DNA of 32,000 nucleotides from Parasynechococcus marenigrum WH 8102 (GTDB taxonomy: Bacteria; Cyanobacteriota; Cyanobacteriia; PCC-6307; Cyanobiaceae): contig NC_005070.1 of NCBI RefSeq assembly GCF_000195975.1, forward strand, positions 1,080,001 through 1,112,000, given 5' to 3'. The position numbers and the translations under genes are program-made. The notes under the pieces were generated by a model. It made no database searches, was not told where the DNA came from, and saw only the letters and a program-made list of their open reading frames with translations. Below, piece by piece: positions 8,812-15,879 of this stretch (its first letter is position 1; each line of letters starts with the position of its first letter).

Positions 8812-11345
8812 CCATTCCTGAGCTGCTATCCCCAGCCGGTGACTGGGACTGCCTCAAGGCCGCCGTCGCCAACGGTGCCGATGCTGTTTATTTCGGTGTT
8901 GATGCCTTCAATGCCCGCCAGCGGGCTGAGAACTTCCGCATCGAAGAACTGGGGGAGGTGATGACCTGGCTGCATGAGCGCCAGGTACGGGGGTTCCTCA
9001 CCTTCAACGTGCTCGTGTTCAGCGATGAGCTGGAACGTGCTGCTGCGTTGCTGCTTGCGGCGCAGGCCGCCGGGGTGGATGCGCTGATCGTTCAGGACGT
9101 GGGTCTTTGTTGTCTGGCTCGAACCCTGGTGCCGGATCTTGCGCTGCATGGCTCCACGCAGATGTCGATCACCAGTGCCGCTGGTGTGGCGCAGGCGGCC
9201 GCATTGGGCTGTGAACGGGTCGTTTTGGCCCGGGAGCTTGCGCTGACGGATCTTGAGCGCTTGCAGGGGCAGTTGCAGGCCAGGCATCTGGCCATGCCCC
9301 TTGAAGTCTTCATTCACGGTGCTTTGTGTGTGGCTTATTCCGGTCAGTGCCTGACCAGTGAGTCCCTGGGGCAGCGCAGTGCCAACCGCGGTGAATGTGC
9401 TCAGGCCTGCCGGCTCCCCTATGAATTGATCGTCGATGGCGTTCCACGACCCCTGGGTGATCAGCGCTACCTGCTGTCGCCTCAGGATCTTTCGGCCTGG
9501 CCTGTGCTGCCCGAGCTGCAGCGGATCGGCATCGCCAGCCTCAAGATCGAAGGGCGGCTGAAGGACCCGAGCTACGTGGCGGCCGTCACGGATGCCTACC
9601 GCCGTGGTCTCGATCGGGGCCTCAACCCCGCGGAACAGGACGACCCCCAGCGCCAGTTGGAGCTTGCTTTTTCACGGGGGTTATCCACCGGATGGTTGCA
9701 AGGGATGAACCACCGCTGCCTGGTCCACGGCCGTTGGAGCAAGAAGCGCGGTCCATTGGTGGGGCAGCTCTTGCAGGTGGATCGCAGTGGCTGGCTGCAG
9801 ATCCGCAGCCGGGAGTCCTTGCGACCTGGCCAGGGCTTGGTGTTGGAACGACGGTCCACATCGCCTCTTCAGCCTCCGGAGGAGGTTGGGGGACGCGTGA
9901 TGGTGGTGGAACGGCTCGGCCGCGAGCGCCTGCGCCTGAAACTTGGCCCGGGTCGTCTCAACCTCCGCGATCTCACGGCCGGTGCGTCGGTCTGGCTCAC
10001 CAGTGATCCCTCCTGGGACAGCCACTGGCAGCGGGCTGCCCAGCGTCCGACTGCCAGCCAATCCATCGGGCTGCAGCTTCGGGTGCGGGGCCGTCTGGAG
10101 CAGCCACTGGTGCTGGAAACAATTGAGGGAGGAACGCGAATCTCCAGCCGCATGCCCTTGCAGGCGGCCCAGCAACGCGCTCTCGATCGCCATCGTCTGG
10201 AGGAGCAGCTGGGACGGCTCGGGGGCAGCGGCTGCTTTCTAGAACGGCTGGAACTGGACCTGGAAGGGGATCTGTTTCTGCCAGTGGCCGAGCTGAATCG
10301 GATGCGCCGGGAGCTCCTGGAGCAGCTACAGCAGCCACCAGCCCTCGCGTCATCCCAAGGGCCCCTGCAGAGCTCCGCGGTGGATGTGCCGTCCGTTTTG
10401 AGGCAGCTGTTGCCAGAGACCTCGCCCCAGTCCTCAACGGATCAGACCGGACTCGTCGTGCTGGTGCGGAGCCTGGCGCAGCTGGAGGCCCTGATTCCAC
10501 TCACCAACCTGCCGATTGCGTCCGTGGTGGCCGATCTGGAGCAGCCCCGTGATCTGAGGGAAGCGGTGGCCATCGGTCGTGGTCATTGGCCCGATGGGAT
10601 CTGGCTGGCGGGAGCCCGTATCACCCGGCCCAATGAGTCCTGGAGCCTGGAACCGTTGATCCGAGCCCGTCCGGACGGCTATGTGGTGCGCAATGCCGAT
10701 CAATTGGAACGCCTCACCCCCTTGGCTCCCTGCGTCGGTGACTTTTCTCTAAATACGGCCAACCCCCTCAGCGTCCGCTGGTATCTGGAGCACTGGGGGT
10801 TGGAGCGGGTGACGGCCAGCTACGACCTCAACCTGCAGCAGCTACTGGATCTGGCCGCTGGCGTAGACCCCTCACGCATCGAGGTGACCCTCCATCAACA
10901 CATGCCCCTGTTTCACATGGACCACTGCGTGTTCTGCGCCTTTCTCTCGGATGGTCATGACCACACCGATTGCGGTCGCCCTTGTGAACAACACACCGTC
11001 ACGCTCAGGGATCGCAGCGGCGTTGAGCATCCATTGCGGGCCGATCTCGGCTGTCGCAACACCCTGTTCAACGGCACGGCACAAACCGGTGTGGAGGGTC
11101 TGCCGGCACTGCTCGAGATCGGCATCCGTCAGGTCCGCCTCGAGCTGTTGGATGAGGATGCTGCGTCGACGCAGCGTCGGGTCAGGCTTTACGCCGATGC
11201 GCTTCTGGGCCGTCGTGCATCACGGGACGTGTGGAGTCAGGAACAGATCCATCACCAACTCGGCGTGACCCGCGGGAGCCTGAAAGTAACAACTGGGCGT
11301 AATGAGCCGAGCACCGTAGGGCGCAAGGGCAAACGCCAGTCGTAG
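8808..11345 (+). CDS. Peptidase U32 family protein (long, collagenase-like form)
   Basis: The N-terminus PELLSPAGDWDCLKAAVANGADAVYFGV and the blocks IHGALCVAYSGQC and ECAQACR are U32 hallmarks. The TTG start overlaps the upstream stop. Confidence 0.85.
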   Translation: MTIPELLSPAGDWDCLKAAVANGADAVYFGVDAFNARQRAENFRIEELGEVMTWLHERQVRGFLTFNVLVFSDELERAAALLLAAQAAGVDALIVQDVGLCCLARTLVPDLALHGSTQMSITSAAGVAQAAALGCERVVLARELALTDLERLQGQLQARHLAMPLEVFIHGALCVAYSGQCLTSESLGQRSANRGECAQACRLPYELIVDGVPRPLGDQRYLLSPQDLSAWPVLPELQRIGIASLKIEGRLKDPSYVAAVTDAYRRGLDRGLNPAEQDDPQRQLELAFSRGLSTGWLQGMNHRCLVHGRWSKKRGPLVGQLLQVDRSGWLQIRSRESLRPGQGLVLERRSTSPLQPPEEVGGRVMVVERLGRERLRLKLGPGRLNLRDLTAGASVWLTSDPSWDSHWQRAAQRPTASQSIGLQLRVRGRLEQPLVLETIEGGTRISSRMPLQAAQQRALDRHRLEEQLGRLGGSGCFLERLELDLEGDLFLPVAELNRMRRELLEQLQQPPALASSQGPLQSSAVDVPSVLRQLLPETSPQSSTDQTGLVVLVRSLAQLEALIPLTNLPIASVVADLEQPRDLREAVAIGRGHWPDGIWLAGARITRPNESWSLEPLIRARPDGYVVRNADQLERLTPLAPCVGDFSLNTANPLSVRWYLEHWGLERVTASYDLNLQQLLDLAAGVDPSRIEVTLHQHMPLFHMDHCVFCAFLSDGHDHTDCGRPCEQHTVTLRDRSGVEHPLRADLGCRNTLFNGTAQTGVEGLPALLEIGIRQVRLELLDEDAASTQRRVRLYADALLGRRASRDVWSQEQIHHQLGVTRGSLKVTTGRNEPSTVGRKGKRQS

Positions 11346-11351
11346 ACATGA

Positions 11352-11363
11352 GTCTCAAGGGTC
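11352..11363. repeat. Candidate left junction repeat GTCTCAAGGGTC
   Basis: It shares TCAAGGGTC (9/9; 11/12 with flanks) with 21756-21767 at the other end of the island. Confidence 0.3.
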
Positions 11364-11375
11364 GGCACGCTCCGT

Positions 11376-11591
11376 ATGTCCGACGGACTTCAGCTCATGG
11401 AACTTCAACTGGAACAACCACTGACATCGGTTCTCAGCGTCAAAGTCGCTTCTGACGTGGAGCCACGCCTTGATCACCACTGTGCCCGGCTTCAACCCAG
11501 CGGCACCCTGCCCCGCGCTGCCCTGGTGCGTGCCCTGCTTCGCAAGGGACTGGCCGAGCTGGACGAGCTGGAGGCGAGCGATGAGCGCTGA
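11376..11591 (+). CDS. Ribbon-helix-helix (CopG/Arc-like) DNA-binding protein
   Basis: It shows a beta-strand/helix/helix pattern (SVLSVKVASDVEPRLDHHCARL...LPRAALVRALLRKGLAEL) of the type seen in RHH repressors and antitoxins. Its stop overlaps the next ORF's start (ATGAGCGCTGA). Confidence 0.5.
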   Translation: MSDGLQLMELQLEQPLTSVLSVKVASDVEPRLDHHCARLQPSGTLPRAALVRALLRKGLAELDELEASDER

Positions 11592-11799
11592 TCTCTACAC
11601 CCGCCCGCTAAGAGCTTCTGTTCGTGAGCTTCTGCAGGAAGACAACATTGACATCGCGGAAGCGCTTTATTCCGACTGCGATTACCCGACAGCACTCAGC
11701 AATCTTGCTGAAGTTCGTGTTGCAGCGCAGAAGGTGGTATTTGAAGCTGATGCACTCATGTGCGCAGTGCTTGTTAAGGCGATAAGGGAAGACGATTGA
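11581..11799 (+). CDS. Hypothetical acidic 72-aa protein, translationally coupled to the upstream RHH gene
   Basis: An internal ATG of track ORF 11470..11799 overlaps the RHH stop by 11 nt. I recognise no motif. Confidence 0.4.
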   Translation: MSADLYTRPLRASVRELLQEDNIDIAEALYSDCDYPTALSNLAEVRVAAQKVVFEADALMCAVLVKAIREDD

Positions 11800-11832
11800 A
11801 TCATCATACAGGCGGGTAATTCTCGCCCATTG

Positions 11833-11860
11833 TTGACACTTTTAATTCGTCTCTCAAAAT
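11833..11860 (+). promoter_or_regulatory. Possible sigma70-type promoter ahead of the second RHH gene
   Basis: TTGACA (11833-11838), a 16-nt spacer and CAAAAT (11855-11860) lie in an AT-rich 89-nt gap. Confidence 0.25.
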
Positions 11861-11888
11861 GGACTTATAAGACAAAATTTTGGATCTT

Positions 11889-12059
11889 ATGAAATTCAAG
11901 CCGCGTTGCAAGTATCCGCACATTACGGCGACATATTTGTCTGACGCCCTACTTGCTGAAGTCAACAAATTCTGCGTTGACCACAACTGCAGCAAGTCAG
12001 AAGCGATTCGCCTCCTGATGCAGAACGGCCTCGCCGCAATGCTTCTTGATGACGGCTGA
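11889..12059 (+). CDS. Ribbon-helix-helix protein, 56 aa, below the ORF-track cutoff
   Basis: My translation is MKFKPRCKYPHITATYLSDALLAEVNKFCVDHNCSKSEAIRLLMQNGLAAMLLDDG. It has the same beta-strand/helix/helix layout as 11376..11591 (SKSEAIRLLMQNGL versus RAALVRALLRKGL). It displaces the implausible antisense ORF 11804..12166. Confidence 0.5.
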   Translation: MKFKPRCKYPHITATYLSDALLAEVNKFCVDHNCSKSEAIRLLMQNGLAAMLLDDG

Positions 12060-12122
12060 GAAAAATGAAGGGCCGCCCTGACAAGCCAACCCTTCACCAA
12101 TCCGACCAATGGAATTTTACCC

Positions 12123-12275
12123 ATGAGACGCTCTGATGCTGGATTTTCCGTCCTAATTGCTTCCATTTACAGCGAGATCGAGGACTGGATTGACAAGCAC
12201 CCTGATTGCTCACCGCACGCCTCTCTTGCGGTTGATCGGCTGTTGCTGCTTCTAACGACAATGGGACAGATGTGA
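12123..12275 (+). CDS. Hypothetical 50-aa protein coupled to the replicase gene
   Basis: My translation is MRRSDAGFSVLIASIYSEIEDWIDKHPDCSPHASLAVDRLLLLLTTMGQM. Its TGA (12273-12275) overlaps the replicase ATG (12275-12277) as TGATG. Confidence 0.4.
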   Translation: MRRSDAGFSVLIASIYSEIEDWIDKHPDCSPHASLAVDRLLLLLTTMGQM

Positions 12276-14341
12276 TGTCGTGGCGAGAGAAACTTCCTGA
12301 GCTTCAAGGCTTCGCTTTGTTGCCGTGTGGTGCAGGCGAAAAAGGCAAAGCACCGATTGATCAGGTAACTGGGAAGCACTTAAACAATTGGCCAGACGCC
12401 TCCTTCACACCGGACGACATCCTGGCGATGAACGGGAAGGTGAAATGCGTTGGAGTCAGGCCAGGACCTGATAGTGACAATCTGCTTTTCATTGACATCG
12501 ACGGAGCATCAGCGCTCACGTTCTGCCAGGAACACCGGTGTGATCTGAAAGATGCTGGCTGGATCATCCGGCGCACTACAGCAGACGATCGCCTGAAGGT
12601 CGCGTTTCAGATCAATGATCAGGAGCTGGAAGAAGAACTCTCCGACATAGGTAAGACAGTTCACAGCACAGGTGCAGGCGAGCAGCTTGAGCTGTTTTGG
12701 TCCACTGGTCAGTGCGTCGTTCTTGGTGATCACAAAACGTCGGGTGGGCAGTACGTCTGGGAAGGCAGCCCGGCCGAGATTGATTCACCGACAGAGCCCT
12801 GGCGTGAGCTGATCAAGCTGCTGATCCAGATCACTAGGCAGAGACAGAGCAGTAGTGGGCAGTCAGATAAAGGCGACTGGCGCGATTGCATTCCCTGCCC
12901 GATCTGCGAAAGAACTGAACCTGACTGCCGCATCAATGCCAATGGCGACATGGTGCTCTGCCATCACGGGACCCGCTGGTCACCACCCGAAATCAGTAAG
13001 GGCGAGACGGTGGAACGTGATGGCGTCACCTGGGCGATGGTCGGGGATGGCGTCAATGCGATCGGACCTTTCAGCACCTTCAAGATCCATGCACCGATCA
13101 CCCGCTCCATCCCAGCGCCTACCCAAGGAGTCCTGTCTGAACTGATCAGTGAGATCACGGATGGCTGGACAGAGAAGGGCCGACTCACACCCGCTAACGC
13201 CGGGATGTTGGAACAGCTCCTCAGCGACATTCCTGGGGACCGGATCCGCTTCAACCTCCTCACCATGGAGATTGAGATTGATGGCCAACGGCTCAGCAGC
13301 ACAGAAGCCGAGAACGCCTACATCCGTTTTCAGCAAAGGGGATACAACTGCAGCAAGCAATCAGCGCGGGATGCACTGCGCACATCAGCCGAACGTTTCA
13401 GCTTTCACCCAGTCCGCGACTACTTGAACGGCCTTGAAGCCGTCGTGCCACAAGACATCACAAGGTTGGCCTCCACGTTTCTGCGTCCTGCTGACAGCAG
13501 CGATGCGCCGACCATTTACGACCGCATGGTGTTCATCACCTTGATCGGTGCAGTGGCCAGAGTCATGGAGCCCGGCTGCAAGTTCGACACCTGCACCGTG
13601 CTGCAAGGGAAGCAAGGCATTCGGAAGACCAGCTTCTGGCAGGCGTTGTTCGGGGAATACTTCACGACCTTCCGGGGACGGCTGGATGACAAGGACGGCC
13701 TCCTGGTCGTTCACCAGAGCTGGGGACTGGAGCTGGGCGAACTGGACAACATCACCGGTAGTTACAGGGCCGGGCAGATCAAGAACTTCGTCACGACGCA
13801 GTGCGATCACTTCCGCGCTCCTTATGCCGCCAAGTCCGAATCAGCACCAAGGCCCAGCGTGTTTGTCGGCACCTGTAACCGGAATGACTTCTTGCACGAC
13901 GACACCGGGGAACGACGCTGGCTGATCATCCCCGTTGAGCTGGAAAGGCAGCAGAAAATCAGCACCCATCAGCTCAGCCAGATCAGAGATGGAATCTGGA
14001 AGGCCGCGCTGGACGCTTACAGGCAGGGTGCGCTGACGTATTTGAATGATGAAGATGAGCAGCTCATTGAAGAGCTGAACCGAGACTTCACCGCCGACAC
14101 CCTGACCGAAGGTGCTGTTCAGCAGTTCCTGGCTGAAAACTCAGGTCGCGATTACTACGACCCGCAACAGGTCTATCTGTACGTGTCCGACAAGCTGAAC
14201 GTGCCTCTGACCGACCGCCTGAAGAAGGACATCAAAGTGGACATGGCGCGGACAGGGTTGGACATGAAGCGTGGACCCGCGGACAAGTTTGGACAGAAAC
14301 GGCCTCGGAAGTTCTTCCGCACTGACCTGTCCAACCCATGA
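12275..14341 (+). CDS. Bifunctional replicase: N-terminal archaeo-eukaryotic PrimPol domain, Cys/His zinc motif, C-terminal VirE-family P-loop domain
   Basis: PrimPol-like blocks are LLPCGAGEKGKAPI, LLFIDIDG (metal-binding DxD) and LGDHKTSG. The zinc motif is CPICERTEPDCRINANGDMVLCHHG. The VirE-like region runs VLQGKQGIRKTSFWQALFG...LELGELD...IKNFVTTQCDHFRAPY...PRPSVFVGTCNRNDFLHDDTGERRW. Confidence 0.85.
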   Translation: MSWREKLPELQGFALLPCGAGEKGKAPIDQVTGKHLNNWPDASFTPDDILAMNGKVKCVGVRPGPDSDNLLFIDIDGASALTFCQEHRCDLKDAGWIIRRTTADDRLKVAFQINDQELEEELSDIGKTVHSTGAGEQLELFWSTGQCVVLGDHKTSGGQYVWEGSPAEIDSPTEPWRELIKLLIQITRQRQSSSGQSDKGDWRDCIPCPICERTEPDCRINANGDMVLCHHGTRWSPPEISKGETVERDGVTWAMVGDGVNAIGPFSTFKIHAPITRSIPAPTQGVLSELISEITDGWTEKGRLTPANAGMLEQLLSDIPGDRIRFNLLTMEIEIDGQRLSSTEAENAYIRFQQRGYNCSKQSARDALRTSAERFSFHPVRDYLNGLEAVVPQDITRLASTFLRPADSSDAPTIYDRMVFITLIGAVARVMEPGCKFDTCTVLQGKQGIRKTSFWQALFGEYFTTFRGRLDDKDGLLVVHQSWGLELGELDNITGSYRAGQIKNFVTTQCDHFRAPYAAKSESAPRPSVFVGTCNRNDFLHDDTGERRWLIIPVELERQQKISTHQLSQIRDGIWKAALDAYRQGALTYLNDEDEQLIEELNRDFTADTLTEGAVQQFLAENSGRDYYDPQQVYLYVSDKLNVPLTDRLKKDIKVDMARTGLDMKRGPADKFGQKRPRKFFRTDLSNP

Positions 14342-14508
14342 CCATGGACACGTCCAACGTTGTGGCCAAGGCAAACCCACTACTACGACTAGCTGTCCAA
14401 GCTGTCCATACCTATCTCTGAAGACTCGTAGGAGAAGAAAAAAAGGCGTAGAAACGCACTATTGGGAAGTCTTGGGAAAAAGGGTTGGACAGTATGGACA
14501 GGTGGACA
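14239..14508. repeat. Iteron array (GGACA / TGGACAG) flanking an A-rich tract; putative replication origin
   Basis: GGACA occurs at 14239, 14250, 14260, 14281, 14291, 14346, 14487, 14496 and 14504, with GGACC at 14273. The inverted form TGTCC occurs at 14328, 14394 and 14403, with GTCCA at 14352. An A7 run lies at 14438-14444. Confidence 0.6.
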
Positions 14509-14770
14509 GGGCTCACCTTTCAGCCGCCGAGCCTCCTCCTCCACGTGGAGGCAAGATTCACCAGGACGTGCTCCTTCGGGATGCGCTTCAGCCCACCGGC
14601 AACGTATGCCTCCCCGCAATCGCCTACGTCGCCGACGATCAGGATTGGGATGACTTTTCCTTTGTGTTGAACGGACATGGTGGCCGGTTTTTACTCCATT
14701 CAGACTTTGAACAAGAGCTACAGATACTGACCATTTGTCCTAGACCAAGGTCATATATAAGGAGGAACAG

Positions 14771-14872
14771 ATGTTCCACGAAGTTTTTCTCACCACCACC
14801 CTGTGCGTGGCCATCGTTGGCGCTATGGCTCTCTTCTATGGAGAGCTTCTGCTGCTGAAACACGCCCGTTAG
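14771..14872 (+). CDS. 33-aa hydrophobic peptide with a canonical Shine-Dalgarno site
   Basis: AAGGAGG (14759-14765) lies 5 nt before the ATG. My translation is MFHEVFLTTTLCVAIVGAMALFYGELLLLKHAR, a single TM helix with a basic tail. Confidence 0.35.
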   Translation: MFHEVFLTTTLCVAIVGAMALFYGELLLLKHAR

Positions 14873-15032
14873 TTAGTCAGCTCCTGATCTTTCACAGCAG
14901 CCCTGTACCAGTGAAGGCTTCAATAACTTCTGCCGCACAAAGTTGTTTGTTGTTCGGTTGAGGTTCGGTTTTCTCACTCACGCTGTACTTCCAAACCTGG
15001 CGATCGTTAGTGAGTCATTTCAATCAACCTAA

Positions 15033-15203
15033 ATGTCTACCGAAGTTCGCAACTGGGATCTCGTCGCGAAAGCGATGGAAGCAGCTGGTGCCACATCAAG
15101 CCAGATGTATTTCCGTGCCAAAGCATTGGCACAGGGCAAGCTCGATCCAATGCCCACAAGCTTCCCTGAAGCTCCTTACAGCATTTCCGCTGTAGCTGGC
15201 TAA
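15033..15203 (+). CDS. Hypothetical 56-aa protein, below the ORF-track cutoff
   Basis: My translation is MSTEVRNWDLVAKAMEAAGATSSQMYFRAKALAQGKLDPMPTSFPEAPYSISAVAG. Its composition is more protein-like than the overlapping track ORF 15010..15195. Confidence 0.35.
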   Translation: MSTEVRNWDLVAKAMEAAGATSSQMYFRAKALAQGKLDPMPTSFPEAPYSISAVAG

Positions 15204-15285
15204 TTTGGTTTTTTGGATCAGCTTATTGAAATTCAAACAGCTCTTGGTCTGACTAATCATCAGGCCTTTACCTACCATCTTTCTC

Positions 15286-15498
15286 ATGACAAACTACCAT
15301 CTTTCTGTAGAGCAGAGATTTCATCTCGAAGCTGCATTTCGCGAGATTGATGCCTGCGAAGATATAGAAAAGCTTCGCGCACTAACTAGACAAATAATAA
15401 CTGCACAGCAGAATGAGAAAGCCTTTGCTCGCGAGGCGATGTTGCAGCTCCGGAAAGAAATGGAGTTTGTTGCCTCAAAAAAATTCGGTTTTAACTGA
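15286..15498 (+). CDS. NblA-like (phycobilisome degradation adaptor-like) small helical protein, tentative
   Basis: It is 70 aa. LSVEQRFHLEAAFREID...IEKLRALTRQIITAQQNEKAFAREAM matches the NblA signature as I remember it: LSxEQxF, an amphipathic helix, a short turn, then a second helix. Confidence 0.45.
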   Translation: MTNYHLSVEQRFHLEAAFREIDACEDIEKLRALTRQIITAQQNEKAFAREAMLQLRKEMEFVASKKFGFN

Positions 15499-15879
15499 GG
15501 TTAAAGCTGAACTCTTCGTAGATTGGCTGGATCGCATAAGCCTTGAAAGAGGTCTTCAATGGTGGACTCTTTAATGGGTCCTTTCTGTGAAGTGCGTACG
15601 GGTAATTTCGGGCCGCCTTCATTATTTAGCGTCAGATAAGTTGGGCCTAAATTGGCTAGCACTATATATTAGCCAAGCTAATCAAATTAGTGGTCAACAG
15701 CAGACGATATCACGGTGGAATGGTCTGCGCATTGTTTCTCTCGTACGGCCTGCCAGTACCGCTTCGCCTGCGCACTACTCAGGGCATCGTCAGCAGGGTT
15801 AGGCCGCATTGGAAGTCATCATCAGGCTGATGAGAGGCGAATTGCTGAGGCATCAGTAGACAAAACTCATGCCCTTAAT

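Noticed and set aside
11804-12379. Minus-strand ORFs 11804..12166 and 12167..12379.
   Set aside because: I recognise no motifs in them and their composition is odd. The plus strand here encodes an RHH-like 56-aa ORF and a 50-aa ORF whose stop is fused to the replicase start, which explains the region better.
14271-14858. A 195-aa plus-strand ORF spanning the iteron field. Coding-like signal also appears on both strands at 14500-14760: plus frame ...VLLRDALQPTGNVCLPAIAYVADDQDWDDFSFVLNGHGGRFLLH..., and a minus-strand 52-aa ORF at 14520..14678, MSVQHKGKVIPILIVGDVGDCGEAYVAGG....
   Set aside because: The first third overlaps the replicase gene out of frame and the iterons. The tail is nonsense-like and overlaps the SD-led peptide. 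The middle could be a real small gene on either strand (a GTG at 14502 is a possible plus start), but I cannot decide which without conservation or expression data, so I made no call.
15827-15834. A CUGAUGAG string, reminiscent of the hammerhead ribozyme core.
   Set aside because: No complementary stem II follows it, and there is no properly placed CGAAA box or cleavage-site helix. The local palindrome explains the sequence.
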